Shown: positions 52,871-64,000 of the stretch, piece after piece
Numbering within the stretch: position 1 is the first letter of the stretch
Layout of the letters: every line of letters begins with the position of its first letter
From: Ylistrum balloti
Taxonomy: Eukaryota
Assembly: GCF_031769215.1 (NCBI RefSeq)
Contig: NW_026781887.1
Location: 186,001 to 250,000, forward strand
Direction of reading: 5' to 3'
Length of the DNA stretch: 64,000 nucleotides
Notes under the pieces: model-generated
Databases searched by the model: none
Seen by the model: only the letters and a program-made list of their open reading frames with translations
What the model was told of the DNA's origin: nothing
Program-made: the position numbers and the translations under genes

Positions 52871-55753
52871 TAAAGTTATTATGAATATGTTTTTTTTCGT
52901 TTTGCGGTTTTACCCGATGTTCGGTGAGAAAAAAGGGAATTTATGAAATTTAGTACAATGTTCTGTACGGATTTGATATTCAATTAATATATTTTCGCGT
53001 TTTTTTTACTACATGGAATGTTGCCCACAATATTATGGAGTTTTATCGTGTTTTTTTTTCATATTGGTGAGTCAACTCCATACTGTCATACAATTGTAAG
53101 AAAGTCTTTAGAACGTCAGAACAATTTGGAATACCTCGAATATTCCAAACAAATATAACATTCACAACACAGTAAATGTGCCATATTGTGGAACTGATAT
53201 TAAACGATTATCGCCCGGATTAGTGGGGAGACGCTTAACCATCCAAAAAATATTGTTCATTATCCTTATATATCACTACAAAAGGAAATACCTACTTGTC
53301 AAGCGTTCGGGAAGGTTAACCTTCCTTTGCTTTATCGACGGCGCCCGCCAAGTAAATCTTGATCGATCCAGGCTATCAATGACATATTTGCAAATGAGAA
53401 CATGGTAAACAAGGAACCCCCATCAATGGTCTATATATATATGTTTGTTTATGTTGTCTTCATTGCTAATATGTCAGCATTCTTTGTTTTAACAGCCATT
53501 TACGTTCCCACAAACCGGTTATAGGTACTCCAGCTCTCCGAGTAACAGGGAACAGGTAGGAGCACAATACATATGTATTATACTGATCTTAAAGATCAGG
53601 AATAGTGCCATGTCATGATAATGTCCACACAATTTATCACATACATACATATACAGGGATTATTCCGTTTATTGCAAATATTTTAAATGCACATTTTTAG
53701 ACATATTCCAATTTCACAGATTTTTTTTATCAGCATGTCGGCAACAAATTATTTATAGCATTGCTTAATGAATTACAGTTCAATATCTATAAAGAATTGG
53801 TGTTTACAAATCAGTTATATACCAAAAAGGACTTTTTCTCTTTCTTTGGTTGAAATCAGAATTATCATTGTACATATATTTATAGTGTTTATCAACAAAA
53901 AACATAAACCTATAGGATATCAAAAGACTTAAAATATTCAAATTTGAATTACATACTGCTGACAGAAGGGTACAGAACACCCATTAATATTAACATTTTT
54001 TTATCGACAAGATCATTTAATAGGTAAGTGATTGATTTTACCAGAGGTCCTACCAAATATATCTACAACAAAAAATTCTTGGAATAATGCTTTATACATC
54101 ACAAAGCTAGAAAATACTTTAAAGAAATTTAAAACATATCATTACATGTACAATATCTGATGACTTCCTCATATGCCCTGCTTGTCACTCACTGAGTCAT
54201 TAGAATTACCAGACTTGTTAAATTAAGTAACTACACAGCACAAAAGACAGTGTTATCATCACAGGTCAGAGTTTTCTCTAAGACCCTCAATTTTTCTAAT
54301 TGAAATAGTCCAAGGGCTTGCATCCTATATGAAAATAAGTAACACTTTAATAATTTCGGGGTCCTTTGTCAACTTAAGGAGTTAAAATGAAGGTTTTTGA
54401 GAGTCAGGAAAAACTCTGACAGCCAGATGCTTGATTGGATTAGTCAACCCCACTTAAAACAATTCTGATAACTAGGAAACACAGTTACATGTACATGAAA
54501 AAACCTCAGTTGTACTGTAAGCACAGATGTCCTGCACACAGCAGAAGTTTAAGGGGGAGGGGTCAATCTAGCACAACATCTGTCATATGTGTACCTAAAT
54601 TTTTCCACTGGTAAGAACCAGAAAACCTAATTCTGACAATATCAAATAGTTTGTATTGTTACACTGAATAATGATGGGTCAAACCAGTTATCATCAAAGC
54701 TTGTCTTCTGTGTTGTAAGAATTACTTGGTAATAAATACTGAATAATCAAGCAAAAAAAAACATTTACACAAAGATAAGAATGAAAAATGATATTTATAC
54801 ATCTGATAAGTAAATCTTGGTGGTGAAATGTGATTTTGGACATCCAAACAGGTATCGCATGTATGTAAATAAATACTATTTAATGAAACTATTTCCAAAA
54901 AATCATAGTTATCTCCCCTTTACAATAAAAATCTGTGCCAACCAATGGATTCATACAAACCTATTTTTATCAATGCATCTTCCAATAACATCATACTTAC
55001 TTTTCAAGAGAACTGAATACATTATTGTCAATATAGTCTGTTAAAAGCTTTATCATTACATCATCAAAGTCAAAAGTTCAGCGACTGGCTTATAGATCTC
55101 GGATGCCCTCACCTCTTAAAAATGTACTCACCATAGCTATATTAACTCCCAAGTTACCATATTTTTAACGCACCAGTTACTAATTAATTGTTATTAATCC
55201 TATGTCATATGACTTAATGGAGCTGTGACTGGCTAAGCATTCTCATTGCTTCCATTGTCACGTCATAACTTTATGATGTCATATACATTGCACCATCACC
55301 AAACAATGAGATAAACGATGAGAATCAATCTCATAAAATACCGAATTTATAAATAGAAACTCCTGTAAGTTACTCTATATATTAATTGTTTGTTCTATCA
55401 CTGTTTTGCTTTTTTTTTTTCTTTTTTCTTTTTTTTGTACTTTCTTTGTATATTAAATTGTGCTTTATACTTTGGGAAACCATTGACATGTTGAAGATTC
55501 TTTCCTGGAGCAGGTAGTAAGATCACTGATGTGTCAAAGATTCTTTCCTGATGAAGGTAGTACAATAATTCAGTCTCTCTTTTGATTACTCTGCTAAAAT
55601 CCAAGATGGTTTGAACTTTGAAAGGGTGAAAAGTGTGCATATCACCAAGTTATTGACTTCATCCAATCTCCAACATCATTTATTTCAGTCAATGATTGAC
55701 ACTGGAGATATCTATTGTCCAATTCAAATAAGCCTAAAGTTAAAGAGATATTT

Positions 55754-58591
<2,838 letters not shown>

Positions 58592-58910
58592 TTTGACAAG
58601 ATTCACCCGGCTTCCCTGACACGCAATACCGGAAATGGATTTCCCTAAGATGACGTAAAACATAACATATGAATAGAAATGGTCTGTTGTATTTTTTCTT
58701 ATTTCTTGAAAAATCTGTATTTTTTCTTGGATGACTGAAGGTCGCCGTCCAATTAAATTAAACCTGCATTTTATGAATATTAAATAAACAAACATAACAG
58801 TGGTGCCACCTATCGGGAACACCACTTTATGATTCTATATTTAATGCCTTGATCATGTGACAGCAGGTGCTAGTTGGATTTTCTATACCGCGAAGAGCAG
58901 ACGGTCCGAA
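58592..58910. promoter_or_regulatory. Putative bidirectional promoter, UFM1 / secreted-protein gene
   Basis: Divergent ATGs 319 bp apart; CCGGAA (~58629), a CRE-like ATGACGTA (~58650) and local CpG enrichment. Confidence 0.5.
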
Positions 58911-59070
58911 ATGGCAAAATGCCGAATGCTAGCTGTTGTGTGTTATTTGTTTATATCTGTGATTTCTGCATCGGACGATTTAAATAGTAACTATCAATAT
59001 CCCCAAAATGAAGAAGAGACAAAGAAGGCAGATGAAGAAGAAGGAGTTGATAAATGGGGCCCTATCCCAG
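58911..59070 (+). CDS. First coding exon of an unidentified secreted or membrane protein (signal peptide plus acidic stretch)
   Basis: aaATGG start context; MAKCRMLAVVCYLFISVISA-SDDLNSNYQYPQNEEETKKADEEEGVDKWGPIP; donor CAG|GTACGT at 59070/59071. Confidence 0.7.
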
Positions 59071-60077
59071 GTACGTCTCACTACGGTTTTACACAGGGAG
59101 GTGTGTCACATGTTGTTACTCTTTATTGGATTTATTTGATATTAGTAGAATGTGGAAACTATTTAGATAAGACTATCATTAAACATTGAAGTGACTTTGT
59201 TTTCAAATCAACATATTATAATTTTATTTTAAAACAGTAACTTGGCCGGTTTTTTTTTTTTTTTTTTGTTTTTTTGTTAAAAAATGAAAAAAATGCGATG
59301 TTTAAGTCTTACGAGAAACTCGTATATACTTTTACCATTCCGCAAACACATCATTAATTGGACACCTGTAATGAATTAAACTAGTTGATTGTTATAATGA
59401 TCACTGACACAATGAACGACTATAATTTCGAGTAGACGAAAACTAGTTTTTTAATCATATTCACTTCACTTTTGCTTTTCTCGCCATGCAATAATTTGAT
59501 ATGCCATTTGTAATGTCATTTGAACGATTTCTATCTTGGTGAAAAGGATACAGTTTGCATTTGTAATGATTTGTTAAAATACGTAAGTGAGAAACCACCC
59601 CTGACCCCGTAAATATCTCCCGTCGGTACTATCACCTGCTTGTGCAGATAACCTAAGGAAAGGCCACTAGGTACCCTTGGTTGGGACAATTCGGATAAAA
59701 CTTGACCAGTTTTTGTGACCAGCGGTATACTATATTGTACTTCAAGAAAATCCCTTTATTACAATTTTTGACACGATAAATAAAGTTTAGATGAATATGT
59801 AAATAAATAAATAGATATAAACACTGTTGTTGCTTAAACACAACTGCAGTACAGAATACAAAACATACCTCTTACATTACATGCCAGCTTTCAAACATGT
59901 ACATTTCTTGATAAATTTCTTATTTTTTTTATAAAAAGAATCAATAATAAAATGTAACATGGTTTCAATTAAATATTCGTGTTTAAAAAATAAATAAATA
60001 AAATGGATTATCCAAATGAAATATATTTCTGAATATAAAGCTATAAACACTATATTCACACTTCGTCTTCATCCCAG

Positions 60078-60163
60078 ATTATCATTTTCCTTTCGGACGA
60101 ACGAGACTTGGATCAGACTTCATCAACGAGAAAAACAATTTGGGAGTTACAAATAAAAGATAA
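60078..60163 (+). CDS. Candidate second (terminal) exon of the secreted-protein gene
   Basis: Acceptor 'cacttcgtcttcatcccag|'; phase 1 matches exon 1 and gives DYHFPFGRTRLGSDFINEKNNLGVTNKR*. No homology support. Confidence 0.3.
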
Positions 60164-61720
60164 GGGATACCTTAAAGAGTGAAAGCTTTCTTACGGAACC
60201 ATGTCAAATTTCTCCTAATCTCTAACGATTACATACACAGATGTGATTCTAATTCTCAGTATCATCTAGTATTACCTGAACTTTTATCAAAACAGTGGAT
60301 TATCTAATAATTACAGCTGACATGTACTTTACACAATTTCTTATTTTTCCTTAAAAAGCAATCGGTTTCAAACACGTTCACATTTGTTCTCTTTAGTTAT
60401 TTTTACTGATAAGCTAATGGTTTCAGTATATATGAGATCATTTCCGTAAACCATATTTTATTGTTTTATATCTTATGATATCATACCGTTTTATTTTAAT
60501 GTTGACATATAAAGAATGTATATTACTTGATAGATCACCACCGTCTGAAACAGGTAAACTGAATACGTACGCACAAGCGATGCTAGGGACCAAAATATCT
60601 AAACCAAGAAAGGGCGTTATACAAAAATAGAGGTGCAGAAGTGCATTTACCCATCATTCAATCTAGCCAATTGATAAATTTTGTTAAAAATTTAGATAAT
60701 TCGCGCTGTTTAACGGCACAGTATATAGCCCGAATTATTCTGACTCCTATCAATTTATCGACTCCAGATCGACATTAGAATGTCAGCATGATTAGGACTG
60801 ACAGCAATGAAACGACAAAGCTTTGGGAATAGAATGTCCACCATTCATTCATTCAGCCTGTCGGTGTAGTAAGCAAAAATCACGGAAAAAGAAGTGAAGA
60901 ATGATTCTTAACTTATGGACTCCATAAGAAATTTACAAGAAGTTGACATAATTCCTGTTTTTTAGCAGATATCACGCATCAATTGTTCAAGTTATTCGTA
61001 TTGTCATAAACTTATTCATTATGATTTTCGAAAGTCTTCATCCAAACAGTTGTTCTAAACCAATTTTATGTGACGTTAAATCTTTCAACCCATGGCCAAG
61101 TGTATGTGATAGAAAACGCAACATTTCTCGCTAAAGCTATCACACGGATAGATTTTCAATACATATTCTACGTGTATGTACACTACAGGGTTGTGTCACT
61201 CTATATGTCCTTTAAGTACATCACACCTATTGAAGAGGTGTGCTCGCCACTGATCCACCCGACCACTTAATGACTATGTTACGGTCTCCGTGTGATATAC
61301 GAGGACTCTCCTACCTAGGTGAAACCACAATGTCACAGAAATCTCATACAGTCTATGTAATAGTTGAGGTTAACTTGTGTGGAATCTTATATAGGATTTA
61401 ACCTTAAATGGAAACTTTCTCAAAGGCAGATACATCATTTATAATAATTATCTAGGTGTATATATTTCTAATTTGGTTCGATGTTCATATTCAAATTGAA
61501 TATCTCTGAATTATTAATCTATTTAAGTATAGTGAGTTCGATTTCTCTCAACGTTCAACCAATGAAAGGTCCTCATAAGGTCGTATTTTTCTTATCTTTT
61601 ACTAAAAATACACTATATATTATATAACTTGTCTGGGATCGCGATCACGATCGCTGCGCAAATTCAAGGCATATGGTTCGATCATTTCGTTGAGCATGTT
61701 GTGTTTCTCAAACAATTACA

Positions 61721-62410
61721 ACAACTTCTCAGGGAACTGTGACAATGGCTCCGGCTACTGTGACAGTGTCTCAGGGAACTGTGGCAATTTCTCAGGGAAC
61801 TGTGGCAATGTCTCAGGGAACTGTGACTATGTCTCCGGGAACTGTGACAGTGTCTCAGGGAACTGTGACTATGTCTCCGGGAACTGTGACAGTGTCTCAG
61901 GGAACTATGACAGTGTCTCCGGGAACTGTGACAGTTTCTCAGGGAACTGTGACAGTGTCTCAGGGAACTGTGACAATGCTTTATGGGAACTGTTACATTT
62001 TTTCAGGGAACTGTAACAATGTTTTATGGGAACTGTTACAACTTCTCAGGGAACTGTGACAATGGCTCCGGCTACTGTGACAGTGTCTCAGGGAACTGTG
62101 GCAATTTCTCAGGGAACTGTGGCAATGTCTCAGGGAACTGTGGGAACTGTGACAGTGTCTCAGGGAACTGTGACAATGTCTCCGGGAACTGTGACAGTGT
62201 CTCAGGGAACTGTGACAGTGTCTCCGGGAACTGTGACAGTTTCTCAGGGAACTGTGGCAATGTCTCAGGGAACTGTGACTATGTCTTCGGGAACTGTAAC
62301 AATGTTTTATGGGAACTGTTACAACTTCTCAGGGAACTGTAACAATGTTTAATGGGAACTGTGACAATTTCTCAGGGAACTGTGACAGTGTCTCCGGGAA
62401 CTGTGACAAG
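61721..62410. repeat. 21-bp minisatellite with higher-order (~280-320 bp) duplication
   Basis: Unit tctcagggaactgtgacagtg; the variant block 'acaacttctcagggaactgt' starts at 61721, 62038 and 62321. Confidence 0.95.
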
Positions 62411-64000
62411 GACAATTTTGCACTGTATTGGTTCAGTCCTTAGTCAAAAATGTCTTTATAGCTCATTTGGATAGCTTGTGGTGGTTCTTCCACATGATGT
62501 TCACTTAGGTAACCACCACTAAGACTATTACTGTTCACTGGGTGATAAACAAACCTATTAATGTTATTTTTCTTCCGTCCATAAGATTTCAGAGACATTG
62601 GCAAATTTTACACCATTATTATCACTACGGTAAAATGGAGAGGTTATTGTATAACATTAAGCAATTACCAGACTTTTAAGTATAATATGAACGTTTACTG
62701 GAACACAAAATACCTGTCAGTGTTGCTCTCGTCAACTTCAGATGTTAAAGTGCTGACAATGACCCAGTGAATGCGAGTAAATATTTTTTCATAGTGAAGA
62801 ATAAATTATAATCGCGATGAAAGTGGAGACGTTTTCGGGTATTATACAGATTGGGTTGAAGTGACTGTGTATGATAATCATGATTTAGTAGTTTTTTAAA
62901 AGACAAATCAGCTGGCATTTATTTCTAAAGGCACACGAGAAAAGCAGATTATGCCTAAACACTCCTGTTGTAGGTTTTCGTTATTAATTTGAGGTTTTCA
63001 TAATATCGGAAATGAAGCTGACGAAGAATTAATCCTACACATTTAATTTGCTGAAACAAATAAAGACTACATGTAAATGACGAACATATTATACCTCAAG
63101 ATCAAGGTTACCAACCAGATTCATAGAATATCATCACTTAAATAACAAAATAGCCGATATACAGAGCCTTTTATCAATACGAGAGAGACACCATGGACTA
63201 CAACATGTATGGATATGTTTGATCGGTCTTTCGTTAACATCAGGAGATGGGTGATATTCTGCTTTAGCTACTTGTCGAGTTTTATCTTCTGTCGATATTA
63301 GACGGAAGATAGTGACACCGATTACTGACGATACTGCCTGTCTAAGGTCGGATATTAGGCCAGTGTGTGATGGCGTTGCCCGATATGTAAAGTTTTGTCA
63401 GCTATTATGACATTTCGTTTACGCAACACTTATTCAGGAAACTTTTAGAAGTTGACATAAATGGGGTTTCCATAATGTGGAAACTTTGTTTTAAACATAT
63501 ATTCAATTATAATAATAGAGCGATCTGGATGTGTTAAAATCAGAAATAAGACTGCATTGAATTTTTGATACCGAAATCCCCGTACAAACATCTGAACTAA
63601 GGTGTACATGTATAAGCTGTGCACGTTTAACACTATGCTGCATATCCATTCATTTACTTTCCTTTGGGTGTAACATGAAAATCAACTAAAGCTGAATTGT
63701 ATTAATTCCCAGTCAAACTTCAGCAAAGATAGCACGCCCCGTCTCTCTCTAATGGATGACTAAGCTGAAATCAAGTAGCGTGTAGAAGATTCGATAAGTT
63801 AATTTACTGAATTTAATTAAACCCAAAATAGCGTATTTAATATTTATAGGGTTTTTACGTGCAATTTATACAGTATTGACACCAGAATGAGCCAATAAGT
63901 AACACCGACACACATTAAATAAACATTTCACTGATAAATAGCATATCACATTAATCTGAAACCTTGTATAGACACCATTGCTGGTATCCTTACCATTACA

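Noticed and set aside
53368-53552. Two small + strand exon candidates (AINDIFANENM; PFTFPQTGYRYSSSPSNREQ)
   Set aside because: AG/GT-flanked but short, with no parent gene or homology; could be chance.
63200-63420. GC-richer segment with open frames on both strands
   Set aside because: No start or clean splice pair, and no recognisable protein.

Overview
AT-rich eukaryotic DNA with spliceosomal introns. The repeat landscape suggests a marine invertebrate, probably a bivalve mollusc (inference). Manual splicing gives four complete multi-exon genes: an LRRC74-like LRR + EF-hand gene (+, 12304-24999, 12 exons), SPCS3 (-, 32375-29774, 5 exons, with a U12-type AT-AC intron), lysosomal Pro-X carboxypeptidase PRCP (+, 32656-43753, 9 exons, exon 8 scrambled as assembled) and UFM1 (-, 58591-55754, 5 exons). 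There is also the first exon of an unidentified secreted protein head-to-head with UFM1, and a probable terminal exon of an upstream gene at 700-897. Repeats include tRNA-derived SINEs, a Tc1 transposase remnant, a Helentron-associated (HINE/Pearl-like) element, a MITE and seven long minisatellites. The most striking pattern is that all four long minisatellites inside the annotated genes start in the last ~13-27 nt of a coding exon and span the 5' splice site, creating arrays of duplicated donors. Most long ORFs in the supplied track are by-products of these repeats.
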